From an uncultured virus (IMG/VR IMGVR_UViG_3300030106_002217) (taxonomy: Duplodnaviria; Heunggongvirae; Uroviricota; Caudoviricetes): 64,000 bases of DNA. Both the position numbers and the translations under genes were made by a program. The stretch is taken from positions 1 through 64,000 of the IMG/VR virus record IMGVR_UViG_3300030106_002217. One strand, given 5' to 3'. How positions within the stretch are numbered: the first letter of the stretch is position 1; every line of letters begins with the position of its first letter. This document shows, piece after piece, positions 18,805-27,714 of the stretch. The notes beneath the pieces are model-generated. The model was not told the DNA's origin and made no database searches. It was given only the letters and a program-made list of their open reading frames with translations.

Positions 18805-19311
18805 ATGGCTAATTCAACTTTCTCAGGTCCTCTAAGATCTGAAAGCACAATTAAGACTGTGAGTAAAAATGCTTCTACTGGAGCAATTACAGAGGTAACT
18901 ACTTTTGGAGACGGGCCAGTTAGCTTATCTGATGGAGATGTTACTCTAACTAATGCAACACATAGTGGTAGAATTTTACTTGTACCAGACGGATCACAAG
19001 ATAACACATATACGTTACCAGCACCTATAGCAGGATCAGTTTTTAGATTTGTTTACGCTGGCGGGGCTGCTGACGGTACAGATGCACTTATATTAACACC
19101 AGGTAACACAAACTTTTACATTGGTGGTATCACTCACTTAGATACAAATGCAGACAATGCAACTGTATTTTCAAACGGTAGCTCAAATAGTAGTGTGCAA
19201 TTAAATGTTCCGCAAGCATTTGATATCACCATAATAGGTAAAGACACAACTAATTATCAAATTTTTGGCACTGTTACATCAACAACAGTTCCTGCTTTTG
19301 CTGACCAGTAA
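18805..19311 (+). CDS. Putative virion structural protein
   Basis: 'MANSTFSGPLRS', 'TYTLPA..G..FRF'; Thr/Gly-rich beta protein after MCP. Confidence 0.7.
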   Translation: MANSTFSGPLRSESTIKTVSKNASTGAITEVTTFGDGPVSLSDGDVTLTNATHSGRILLVPDGSQDNTYTLPAPIAGSVFRFVYAGGAADGTDALILTPGNTNFYIGGITHLDTNADNATVFSNGSSNSSVQLNVPQAFDITIIGKDTTNYQIFGTVTSTTVPAFADQ

Positions 19312-19323
19312 TAGGAGATTTAA

Positions 19324-19728
19324 ATGGCTGATGCAGTAACATCACAAACTATTTTTGATGGCGATAAAACGGTCGTTCAGAAGTTTACAAACATTTCTGA
19401 CGGAACCGGTGAATCTGAAGTCAAAAAGGTGGATGTAAGTGCTTTAAGTACAAATGGTCATGGTCAAACTTGCACTGGTGTAACCATAGAAAAAATATGG
19501 TGGCAGTGTGTGGGTATGAAAACTAGATTGTTTTTTGACGCAACATCAAATGCGTTTATTATTGAATTAGGTGAAAACCAAAGCGGCTATCACGATTATT
19601 CTAGCTTTGGTGGTTTAAAAAACAATGCAGGTTCTGGTGTAACAGGAGACATTCTTTTTACAACAGTAGGTCATTCAAGTGCGGATACTTACACTATCAC
19701 GCTTGAAATGAGAAAGAACTATGACTAG
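19324..19728 (+). CDS. Putative virion structural protein
   Basis: 'MADAVTSQT..KFTNISDGTGES'; AGGAG RBS. Confidence 0.7.
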   Translation: MADAVTSQTIFDGDKTVVQKFTNISDGTGESEVKKVDVSALSTNGHGQTCTGVTIEKIWWQCVGMKTRLFFDATSNAFIIELGENQSGYHDYSSFGGLKNNAGSGVTGDILFTTVGHSSADTYTITLEMRKNYD

Positions 19729-20005
19729 GAAAAGGGACAAGCAACCGCCTAGAACAAAAAAATATTACCGCCCCACTAAAAAAGGGGCGGGCATGACAGC
19801 AGCCGGTGTGGCTAAATACAGACGGGATAATCCGGGTAGTAAGCTAAAAACAGCTGTGACAGGTAAAGTAAAAAAGGGTTCAGCCGCAGCTAAAAGAAGA
19901 AAGTCATTTTGTGCAAGAAGTGCAGGACAAATGAAGAAGTTTCCAAAGGCTGCAAAAAATCCTAATAGTAGATTAAGGCAAGCAAGAAGAAGGTGGAAAT
20001 GTTAA
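19721..20005 (+). CDS. Small basic protein
   Basis: K/R-rich; 'RRKSFCARS..SRLRQARRRWKC'. Confidence 0.75.
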   Translation: MTRKRDKQPPRTKKYYRPTKKGAGMTAAGVAKYRRDNPGSKLKTAVTGKVKKGSAAAKRRKSFCARSAGQMKKFPKAAKNPNSRLRQARRRWKC

Positions 20006-20172
20006 AGAAAAAACCAATACCCAGACCAAAATTATCAGAATTAACAGAAAATCAACAGAAAAGATTATTAAGAGTTTACATTGATAATATGCCTGCAAAA
20101 GAAAAAACTATTTTTCTCAATAAGGCAATAAAAAAAGTATATCCAAAGAGTTTAAAAAAAAATGGCAACTAA
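19999..20172 (+). CDS. Small basic protein (57 aa, not in ORF track)
   Basis: MLKKKPIPRPKL...; overlaps both neighbours. Confidence 0.5.
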   Translation: MLKKKPIPRPKLSELTENQQKRLLRVYIDNMPAKEKTIFLNKAIKKVYPKSLKKNGN

Positions 20173-20368
20173 AAGAGAAAAAGATATTTTACATAATTTA
20201 GACAAAAGAATGTCTGTACTTGAAGAAGTAATAAAAAGATTAGAAAGCAACCATTTAACACACTTACAGGCACAAATAGACAAAATTGATAGACGTGTGT
20301 GGATGTTAATAGCTGGTGTAGTATTACAGCTAATATCAATTGTATTTATTTTTGTAGGAGGTAGATAA
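20162..20368 (+). CDS. Coiled-coil protein with C-terminal TM segment
   Basis: 'LESNHLTHLQ..IDRRVWMLIAGVVLQLISIVFIFV'. Confidence 0.65.
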   Translation: MATKREKDILHNLDKRMSVLEEVIKRLESNHLTHLQAQIDKIDRRVWMLIAGVVLQLISIVFIFVGGR

Positions 20369-20523
20369 TGGCCTTAACAGGTGTAGCAAAAAGAAAAGTT
20401 AAAAAAGTACAGGGTAAATTAAAAAAAGCAAGTAGAGCTCATGCTAATCAATCAAAAATATTAGGAAGTTTACTTAAAAATGGTAGCAAGACTAGAAACA
20501 ATAAGAAAAAAAATAAAAGGTAA
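20368..20523 (+). CDS. Small basic protein (51 aa, not in ORF track)
   Basis: AGGAGG RBS; MALTGVAKRKVKKVQGKLKKASRAHANQSK. Confidence 0.6.
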   Translation: MALTGVAKRKVKKVQGKLKKASRAHANQSKILGSLLKNGSKTRNNKKKNKR

Positions 20524-20623
20524 AAAAAAACTTGGGTTTAGTGAAAGAGCAAGAGCTGTAAATAAGGGTTTATTGCCTAGTAAAGCGAAAAAAAATGACA
20601 AAAAAAAGAAAAAAAGATCCTAA
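20480..20623 (+). CDS. Small basic protein (47 aa, not in ORF track)
   Basis: MVARLETIRKKIKGKKKLGFSERARAVNKGLLPSK. Confidence 0.5.
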   Translation: MVARLETIRKKIKGKKKLGFSERARAVNKGLLPSKAKKNDKKKKKRS

Positions 20624-20891
20624 AGTTGGAACAGGAAAAAAGCCGAAAGGTTCTGGCAGACGCTTATATACGGACGAAAACCCTAAGGACACGGTTAGTA
20701 TTAAATTTGCTACGCCGTCGGATGCCAGAGCAACTGTTGCCAAGGTTAAAAAAATCAATAAACCGTTTGCGAGAAAGATACAAATTCTTACGGTCGGTGA
20801 ACAAAGAGCAAAAGTGATGGGCAAAACTCAAGTTGCAAATATATTTAAAAAAGGTAAAGATAGTATTAGAAAACAGAGGAGCACAGCATGA
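20595..20891 (+). CDS. Small basic protein
   Basis: 'DPKVGTGKKPKGSGRRLYTDENPKDTV'. Confidence 0.75.
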   Translation: MTKKRKKDPKVGTGKKPKGSGRRLYTDENPKDTVSIKFATPSDARATVAKVKKINKPFARKIQILTVGEQRAKVMGKTQVANIFKKGKDSIRKQRSTA

Positions 20892-21118
20892 CCGTTGTAA
20901 GAACTGGACCCAAACCAGGTAAACAAACTGTTACATATTTTAAAAAGGGCGGTGCAGCAAAAAGCAAAGGTAGTAAAATATGTCCTGAGGGTAAAGCATG
21001 GGCAAAACGAACATTTGATACATATCCTAGTGCATATGCAAATTTAGCCGCATCAAAATATTGTAAAGATCCAAATTATGCAAAAAAGGCCAAGGGTGGT
21101 AAAAGAAAGGGTCGCTAG
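20888..21118 (+). CDS. Small basic protein (DUF5872-like YPSAYAN motif)
   Basis: 'AKRTFDTYPSAYAN'; 'YFKKGG'. Confidence 0.7.
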   Translation: MTVVRTGPKPGKQTVTYFKKGGAAKSKGSKICPEGKAWAKRTFDTYPSAYANLAASKYCKDPNYAKKAKGGKRKGR

Positions 21119-21498
21119 TGGGTGAATTAAAAAAATGGTTGAAGCAAGATTGGGTGCGAATCGGCACTGACGGTAAGATTAAAGGGCCTTGCGGTACATC
21201 CAAAGATAAAAAAAATCCAGATCGTTGTTTACCACGAGCAAAGGCAAACAGCTTATCTCAAGCAGAACGTGCCTCCACAGCAAGAAAAAAGAAAAAAGCA
21301 GGCGCAAAAGGTAAAACAGTTGTGGGAAATACACCAGCAGCTAAAGTAAGAAAAATGGGTTCTGGGGGTGCAATACCTGGCACAAAAGCAAAAAGACCCT
21401 TTAAAGGTAAAGTAAAAACAGGTAGTGTAGTAGCCAGAGGCTGTGGAGCTGTTATGGCAAACAGACGTAAGGTTACACAGGGTTCAGTCAGTAGTTAA
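21118..21498 (+). CDS. Small basic protein
   Basis: 'LKKWLKQDWV..CG..RCLP', 'KMGSGG', 'ARGCG'. Confidence 0.75.
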   Translation: MGELKKWLKQDWVRIGTDGKIKGPCGTSKDKKNPDRCLPRAKANSLSQAERASTARKKKKAGAKGKTVVGNTPAAKVRKMGSGGAIPGTKAKRPFKGKVKTGSVVARGCGAVMANRRKVTQGSVSS

Positions 21499-21512
21499 CA
21501 AAGGAGGGCAAA

Positions 21513-21782
21513 ATGCCAGCAAAAAAGAAAAAAAATATGAAGAAAAAAGGTTACGCCAAAATGATGGGTGGCGGTGCAGCCGGAATGAAAAAGAAAGGTT
21601 TCGCTAAAGGCGGAACTGTGAAAAAGATGAGAGGCGGCGGTGCAGCCGGAATGAAAAAGAAAGGATACGCCAAAGGTGGTGCTGTCAAGAAGATGATGGG
21701 TGGCGGTGCAGCTGGCATGAAGAAAAAAGGTTTTGCTAAAGGCGGTGCTATCAAGAAGATGAGAAGAGGCGGCCGAGCATAA
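21513..21782 (+). CDS. Lys/Gly/Met-rich tandem-repeat protein
   Basis: 22-aa (66-bp) unit KKM(M/R)GGGAAGMKKKG(F/Y)AKGG(T/A)(V/I) about x3; AAGGAGG RBS. Confidence 0.8.
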   Translation: MPAKKKKNMKKKGYAKMMGGGAAGMKKKGFAKGGTVKKMRGGGAAGMKKKGYAKGGAVKKMMGGGAAGMKKKGFAKGGAIKKMRRGGRA

Positions 21783-22451
21783 GTGCCTTATCTTCAAAGT
21801 AACATCCCGCATTTTAAATGCTGGGTGAGAAGAGAGTATACGCACAATCACGAAAAATATCATGGTGAATTTATTCATGCTATGGCTATTGCAGTCACTA
21901 CCGTGCCTGATAGATGTTTAAGTTTTCAAATGATTTTTACAGGTTGTGAGTCTGATTTTGATGAAAGTCAAAATATTAACGGTGGGGCTATGTGGGCTCG
22001 TATGCCGATTACAGCTCTAGTTGCAGATACTCCTTTGGACAATTGGCCAGAGCCTATGCCTGTTCATTTAGTTCAACCTTGGGATTGTAGTTCTCATCAT
22101 CATTCAATAATAAAACTAGACCGAGTTAGCTCTAGTCCTTGGAAATGTAAGATTGATGGTAAGTTTTACACAGGTAAATATCTTTTTACCGTAGATTATA
22201 CAGAGTCAGATATAGCTGATGATCCTGCTCAACACAAACAAAGTCATGTAATAGAATTAACTGATGCTGGAAAATGGACTGGAAATATAGTAGCATTACC
22301 TAATAACAGGGTTCGTGCAACAAGTCCTGCATTATGGGAGACTGGTGAGGGTGCACCTGATTTTAAACCAAGCCAGTGGATTCATAACGCAGAATGTGAT
22401 AATAGTTATATGGACCCTAGTGTTACATTTGATAACTTGTATAAGGATTAA
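21783..22451 (+). CDS. Conserved phage protein of unknown function, paralog of 41855..42496
   Basis: 'WVRREY..HGEF..MPITAL..QPWDC..HKQSH..PNNRVR'. Confidence 0.75.
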   Translation: MPYLQSNIPHFKCWVRREYTHNHEKYHGEFIHAMAIAVTTVPDRCLSFQMIFTGCESDFDESQNINGGAMWARMPITALVADTPLDNWPEPMPVHLVQPWDCSSHHHSIIKLDRVSSSPWKCKIDGKFYTGKYLFTVDYTESDIADDPAQHKQSHVIELTDAGKWTGNIVALPNNRVRATSPALWETGEGAPDFKPSQWIHNAECDNSYMDPSVTFDNLYKD

Positions 22452-22453
22452 AC

Positions 22454-23122
22454 ATGGCAACATCAAGCTCAACAGATTTTGAATTAGACGTAGCAGAATA
22501 TATAGAGGAGGCTTTTGAAAGATGTGGTCTTGAAGTAAGAACAGGCTATGATTTAAAAACTGCAAAAAGATCCATGAATTTAATGTTAGCTGAATGGGCT
22601 AATCGTGGTTTAAATCAATGGACAATAGAGCAGAGAACACAATCTTTGACTGCGAATGATACAGACTATTCTTTGGGCACAGATGTAATTGACATACTTT
22701 CAGCTGTTGTTAGACGAAGTAGCACTGATTTTAGTTTAAGTAGAATTAGTAGAGACAGCTATTTAGCAATACCCACAAAAACTTCAACAGGACGTCCGAC
22801 ACAATTTTTTCTTGATAGACAAATTACACCTAATTTAAAGATTTGGCCTGCACCTGAAAACAGTACAGACGTTATAATTTATGACGCCCTAACACGAATA
22901 CAGGATGCAGATGCTCCTGTGAACACACTTGAGATACCATTTAGGTTTTATCCTTGTTTGACAGCTGGCCTTGCTTATTATTTATCCTTGAAAAAAAATC
23001 CTCAACTCACTCAAATGTTAAAGGTTATTTACGAAGAAGAGTTTGAAAGAGCTATGGGCGAGGACAGAGACAGATCAAGCTTTACTGTCACCCCAGAATA
23101 TCAATATTTTAGGAGCAACTGA
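22454..23122 (+). CDS. Head-to-tail adaptor protein (putative)
   Basis: 'IEEAFERCG..EWANRGLN.W..GRPTQ..IWPAP..GLAYYL' adaptor-like pattern. Confidence 0.7.
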   Translation: MATSSSTDFELDVAEYIEEAFERCGLEVRTGYDLKTAKRSMNLMLAEWANRGLNQWTIEQRTQSLTANDTDYSLGTDVIDILSAVVRRSSTDFSLSRISRDSYLAIPTKTSTGRPTQFFLDRQITPNLKIWPAPENSTDVIIYDALTRIQDADAPVNTLEIPFRFYPCLTAGLAYYLSLKKNPQLTQMLKVIYEEEFERAMGEDRDRSSFTVTPEYQYFRSN

Positions 23123-23460
23123 TGGGTAGATTTGCTTCAGGTAAACACTCGTTTGGGATATCCGACAGATCTGGTATGAGATATCGACTTAGAGATATGA
23201 AACTTGAGTGGAATGGTTCTTTAGTTGGACCAGATGAATATGAAAGAAAACACCCACAGTTAGGCCCATTTAATGTCCCAGTTGACGGTCAAGCGATAAA
23301 AAACGCTAGACCTGATAGTCCTACAGTGCCTGTTGACTTTTTAGTATTTACAACTAATCCTATTGATAAGCCTACCTATACGGATAGCCATATACCAAAA
23401 AAACTTGATAGTTTTGAGGTTACAGGTAGTATTGGTAGTGTAACAGTGAGTGTGGCATGA
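23122..23460 (+). CDS. Conserved tail-region protein
   Basis: 'GISDRSG.RY..EWNG.LV..E.KHPQL..NARPD'. Confidence 0.7.
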   Translation: MGRFASGKHSFGISDRSGMRYRLRDMKLEWNGSLVGPDEYERKHPQLGPFNVPVDGQAIKNARPDSPTVPVDFLVFTTNPIDKPTYTDSHIPKKLDSFEVTGSIGSVTVSVA

Positions 23461-24104
23461 GTTTTACATTAACAACATTGACAGCTTCAATTCAAGAATG
23501 GACAGAGAATGATGAAACTACATTTGTAGCAGAAATACCTTTTTTTATAAAAAACGCAGAAGAAAGGATTTTTAAATCAGTAGACTTAGATTATTTTAGA
23601 AAAAATGTTACTGGTACAATGACAAGTGGTAATAAGTTTCTTGAAAAACCTTCAGATTATTTGGCAACGCACTCTTTATCCTATGTTAACGCTAGTAGCG
23701 AAAATGTTTTTTTGTTACAAAAAGATGTAAACTTCTTACAAGAATATACTCCTAATCCAGCAACTACTGGCTCTCCAATATATTATGCACAATTTGATGT
23801 AGATACATTTATAGTAGCCCCTACCCCAAATAGTAGTTTTTCTGTAGAGTTGCACTATTATTATAGACCCGCTTCTCTTACAACAGACAATAGTGGTACA
23901 ACATGGATTAGCACAAATGCTCCAGATGCTTTACTTTATGCAAGTTTGGTAGAGGCTTACACCTTTATGAAAGGTGAAAATGATTTAATTAAACTATATA
24001 ATGATCGATATATGGAAGCTATAACTAGATTAAAAGTATACTCTGAAGGTAGAAATTATTCAGATTCTTATAGAGATGGATTAGTAAGAGTCCCAAAATC
24101 TTGA
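23457..24104 (+). CDS. Second adaptor/tail tubular-like protein
   Basis: 'FIKNAEERI..P.YYA..VAPTP..LHYYYRP..ALLYASLVEA'. Confidence 0.7.
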   Translation: MSFTLTTLTASIQEWTENDETTFVAEIPFFIKNAEERIFKSVDLDYFRKNVTGTMTSGNKFLEKPSDYLATHSLSYVNASSENVFLLQKDVNFLQEYTPNPATTGSPIYYAQFDVDTFIVAPTPNSSFSVELHYYYRPASLTTDNSGTTWISTNAPDALLYASLVEAYTFMKGENDLIKLYNDRYMEAITRLKVYSEGRNYSDSYRDGLVRVPKS

Positions 24105-24128
24105 CGTTTATAAGATATTATGTATAGT
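24101..24128 (+). promoter_or_regulatory. Internal sigma70-like promoter, probably leaderless
   Basis: TTGACG-16 nt-TATAGT ending 7 nt before ATG 24136; no SD. Confidence 0.5.
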
Positions 24129-24135
24129 ATCTTAT

Positions 24136-24855
24136 ATGAAGAAAAAAAGTATAGCGATAGTTGCATTAGGCAACAGTGGTTTTGAATATATAAGAAGTAG
24201 AGTTCGCAGTGAGAAGTTTGATGAAGTTTGGGCAATAAACTCAATGTCTTCTGTCATTTATCACGATAAGTGTTTTATGTTAGACCCACCATCAAGATTT
24301 CTTGATACACCCAATGCTGGTAAGCAGACGGATATTATGGCTGAAAGATTGCAAACTAAATTAAATGTGCCAATTTTTTCTTGTACATTAGATAAAAGAT
24401 GCCCTGATGTGGTTGAGTACCCATTACAAGATGTTTTAAAAAAAGTTGGTTATGCTTACCTTAATAATACAGTTGCTTATGCAATAGCATATGCAATATA
24501 TGTGGAGGTAAAAGAGTTACATTTATATGGAATAGACTTTACACACAAAAACATATCTTTTGCTGAAGCTGGAAGAGGTTGCTGTGAATTTTGGTTGGCT
24601 ATAGCGGCAACAAAAGGTATTAAATTAAATATTGCTCACAACTCATCTTTACTAGATACAAATGTTCCAAATGATCAAAAATTTTATGGTTATCATAGAT
24701 TAGAAGATCCCTTAGTTTCAACTGCGACAAATGGTAGCATGTTAATTACAAGAAAATCAAAATTAGACCCACCAGATCCATTAGACTCCACACCAAATAT
24801 AGTTGGTAGAGAGGATATACCAGGCGTGACTTACGAGGAGAAAAAAAATGTTTAA
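24136..24855 (+). CDS. Sialyltransferase/Maf-like Rossmann-fold transferase (putative)
   Basis: 'IAIVALGNS', 'WAINS', 'NNTVAYAIAYA', 'LHLYGIDF'. Confidence 0.55.
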   Translation: MKKKSIAIVALGNSGFEYIRSRVRSEKFDEVWAINSMSSVIYHDKCFMLDPPSRFLDTPNAGKQTDIMAERLQTKLNVPIFSCTLDKRCPDVVEYPLQDVLKKVGYAYLNNTVAYAIAYAIYVEVKELHLYGIDFTHKNISFAEAGRGCCEFWLAIAATKGIKLNIAHNSSLLDTNVPNDQKFYGYHRLEDPLVSTATNGSMLITRKSKLDPPDPLDSTPNIVGREDIPGVTYEEKKNV

Positions 24856-25135
24856 TGTAAACGTATCAGAAATTGGAAATGTTAATGTGATGACATCAAA
24901 TAAAGGTGGATTGACAAATGAGCAAATAGCAGATTTAGCAGTAGATAAAATTGCAAGTATTTCAGATAATGCTCCCTCTCATGTAAAAGAACAAGCTAAA
25001 TTATTTAGAGAACAACTTAAAGGAATAATCTATTATTATCTTATCTTGGCAAGAAAGGAAGAGCGTGCTACAATTATTCAAGCCTTGAGATCGAGTGGTC
25101 AAAAGGAAACGGCTGAATATATAAGGAGACTCTAA
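24848..25135 (+). CDS. Conserved hypothetical protein
   Basis: 'V.TSN.GG..EQIA..AVDKI.SISD.AP' pattern; operon packing. Confidence 0.65.
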   Translation: MFNVNVSEIGNVNVMTSNKGGLTNEQIADLAVDKIASISDNAPSHVKEQAKLFREQLKGIIYYYLILARKEERATIIQALRSSGQKETAEYIRRL

Positions 25136-25136
25136 T

Positions 25137-25589
25137 ATGGCTATAGCACAAGCAATGTGTACTGCATTTAAACAAGAATTAATGCTAGGTACACACAATT
25201 TTGCAACTAATGGAAATACTTTCAAATTAGCATTATATGCAGAAGGTAGTGGTGGAAAGTCATCAACAACTGCAACATTAGGAGCTACAACTACTGCATT
25301 TACTACAACTGGTGAAGTAGGATCAACTGGCACTTATGCTACGGGTGGTGGAACTTTAACTAAAGTTGCTCCAACAACTTCTGGAACAACTGCATTTACA
25401 GATTTTGCAGATTTAAGTTTTACAACTGCAACAATTACTGCGATGGGTGCGTTAATATATAACAGCACAAACAGTAACAAAGCAGTTTGTGTTTTAGATT
25501 TCACATCTAATAAAACATCAACATCTGGAACATTTACAATTCAGTTTCCAACTGCTGATGCAACTAATGCGATTATAAGGATAGCATAA
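25137..25589 (+). CDS. Putative tail structural protein
   Basis: 'FKQELM.G.HNF..FKLALY..DFAD..GALIYN..VLDF..GTFTIQFP'. Confidence 0.7.
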   Translation: MAIAQAMCTAFKQELMLGTHNFATNGNTFKLALYAEGSGGKSSTTATLGATTTAFTTTGEVGSTGTYATGGGTLTKVAPTTSGTTAFTDFADLSFTTATITAMGALIYNSTNSNKAVCVLDFTSNKTSTSGTFTIQFPTADATNAIIRIA

Positions 25590-25590
25590 A

Positions 25591-26436
25591 TTGTCAAACA
25601 CTACCTTACAAGGTTGGGGTAGAGGCACATGGGGTCAAGGAGCGTGGAACGCTCCTATATCCGTTGAAATAGATAGCACTAATCCTCAAATACTTGGGAC
25701 AACTGCTTTAGGCTCTGTGTTGGGCATACCTGGTGTTTTTGTAAATGTTACTGGTGTTTCTGCTACTGCTGCTATAAGTCAAACAGGTGCTAGTACAGTT
25801 ACTTATACAGTAACTGTAGTTTCTGGTAATCCTTCAAACCATCCGTATTACAATCAAGGCTCTACTAATAAATATGCAATCAATGGTTCCACTGCATCAT
25901 CAGATGTCATATTAACTTTATATGAAGGTAACACTTATAGATTTGATCAAAGTGATTCAAGTAATGCAGGTCACCCGTTAAGAATTTATACTGCTGCTGA
26001 TAAAACTGGTGGTGAGTACACAACGGGAGTAACAACAAATGGAACTGCTGGACAATCGGGTGCTTACACAGAAATTACTGTAGCAGATGGAGCACCAACA
26101 TTATTTTATCAATGTAGTAATCATGCACTCATGGGTGCAACATTAAACACTCATGGTATTCCTAATATTGTTACGACAACTGGAGCACCAGCTAGTGGTG
26201 TTGCAGGAACAACTGCATTAGGCACTAATTTTTCTGTTGTTGGAACAGCTCAAATCACTCCTCCAAATTATAGTGACAGATTACCTACTTTACAGGCACA
26301 ACAATCTAATGTTGTCACAATACCACAATGTGTGGTATCTTTAACGGGAGTTAGTGCTACTGGTGGCACTGGCGAGGAATTGGTCTACAGTTTGATCGTT
26401 CCTAATCAAACAGCTAACTGGCAAGAGGTCGCATAA
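25591..26436 (+). CDS. Tail-associated protein with cupredoxin-like insert
   Basis: 'GWGRGTWG' N-terminus; 'GNTYRFDQSDSSNAGHPL..YQCSNHALMG'. Confidence 0.65.
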   Translation: MSNTTLQGWGRGTWGQGAWNAPISVEIDSTNPQILGTTALGSVLGIPGVFVNVTGVSATAAISQTGASTVTYTVTVVSGNPSNHPYYNQGSTNKYAINGSTASSDVILTLYEGNTYRFDQSDSSNAGHPLRIYTAADKTGGEYTTGVTTNGTAGQSGAYTEITVADGAPTLFYQCSNHALMGATLNTHGIPNIVTTTGAPASGVAGTTALGTNFSVVGTAQITPPNYSDRLPTLQAQQSNVVTIPQCVVSLTGVSATGGTGEELVYSLIVPNQTANWQEVA

Positions 26437-27713
26437 TGGCAAGTACATTTGTTAATAATTTAAGACTCGAAGAAATGAACACTGGCGAACAGTCAGGAAC
26501 TTGGGGTACAAAAACAAACACTAATTTAGAGCTTATAGGTGAAGCATTAGGTTTTGGCACAGAGGGTATAACAACAAACGCTGATACTCATACTACAACA
26601 GTAGCAGATGCTTCTACTGATCCTGGTAGAGCAATGTTTATCAAGTACACTGGAACTTTGGACTCTGCTTGCACGATCACAATAGCACCAAACACTTTAA
26701 GTAGAGTACATATTATCGAAAATGGAACAAGTGGTTCACAAAATATAATTATATCACAAGGATCTGGAGATAATGTTACAATAGCACCAGGCACTGCAAA
26801 GGTTGTTTATTTAGATGGTGCAGGTTCTGGAGCAGCCGTAGTGGATGCTTTTGCACATTTAGCAGCTGTAGACTTAACAGTCGATGATGATCTAATAGTA
26901 AGTGATGATGTTACATTAAAATCAGATAGTGCTGTTCTTGGTTTTGGAGCCGACACTGATACAACACTTACTCATACGGATGGCACTGGACTAACGCTAA
27001 ACGGAACAAATAAATTAACTTTTGGTGACGCTGCAAGTTTTGTACAACAATCATCTGACGGCACTTTACGAATAGATGGTGAGGCTATAATTGATTTAAA
27101 CGCTAGTACTAGAGTTGATGTATCTACAGATCTACAAGTTGGAGATGATTTAACTTTAGCTTCTGATGATGCAGTATTAGGGTTTGGTGCAGATACAGAC
27201 ACAACATTGACACACACAGATGGCAGTGGTTTAACTCTTAACTCTACAAATAAATTAATGTTTAGAGATAGTGCTTTATCAGTAAGTTCTAGCTCTGATG
27301 GTAAATTAGACATTGACGCAGATACAGAGTGCGAGATCACTGCACCAACAATAGATTTAACTGCATCAACAGCAGTTACAATTAGTAACGATGTTTCTGT
27401 AGCTGGTAGAGGCACGGGTACTCAAACAACAGACGATGATGGTAGTTTTGATTTAAGTGTTAGTAACTTTTTTAAGTGCACTCCATCAGGTGATTTTACT
27501 TTGACATTTACTAATCCCGCAGAAGGACAATCTGGAACAGTAATGTTGATTAACACTGGTGGTCATACTGTGTCTGCTCATGCTAGTGTTGCTATAAATG
27601 CAGATATATTAACTGCCTTATCAACAGCAGGAACGTATATGCTTAATTATTACTGTTCTGCATCTAGTGGCGATAATACTATATTAGTAGGTGCAACTGG
27701 AGCTCTAACATAA
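26436..27713 (+). CDS. Tail fibre/spike protein with internal repeat
   Basis: 'TGEQSGTWG.KTNTNL' anchor; duplicated 'AVLGFGADTDTTLTHTDG.GLTLN.TNKL.F.D'. Confidence 0.7.
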   Translation: MASTFVNNLRLEEMNTGEQSGTWGTKTNTNLELIGEALGFGTEGITTNADTHTTTVADASTDPGRAMFIKYTGTLDSACTITIAPNTLSRVHIIENGTSGSQNIIISQGSGDNVTIAPGTAKVVYLDGAGSGAAVVDAFAHLAAVDLTVDDDLIVSDDVTLKSDSAVLGFGADTDTTLTHTDGTGLTLNGTNKLTFGDAASFVQQSSDGTLRIDGEAIIDLNASTRVDVSTDLQVGDDLTLASDDAVLGFGADTDTTLTHTDGSGLTLNSTNKLMFRDSALSVSSSSDGKLDIDADTECEITAPTIDLTASTAVTISNDVSVAGRGTGTQTTDDDGSFDLSVSNFFKCTPSGDFTLTFTNPAEGQSGTVMLINTGGHTVSAHASVAINADILTALSTAGTYMLNYYCSASSGDNTILVGATGALT

Positions 27714-27714
27714 A

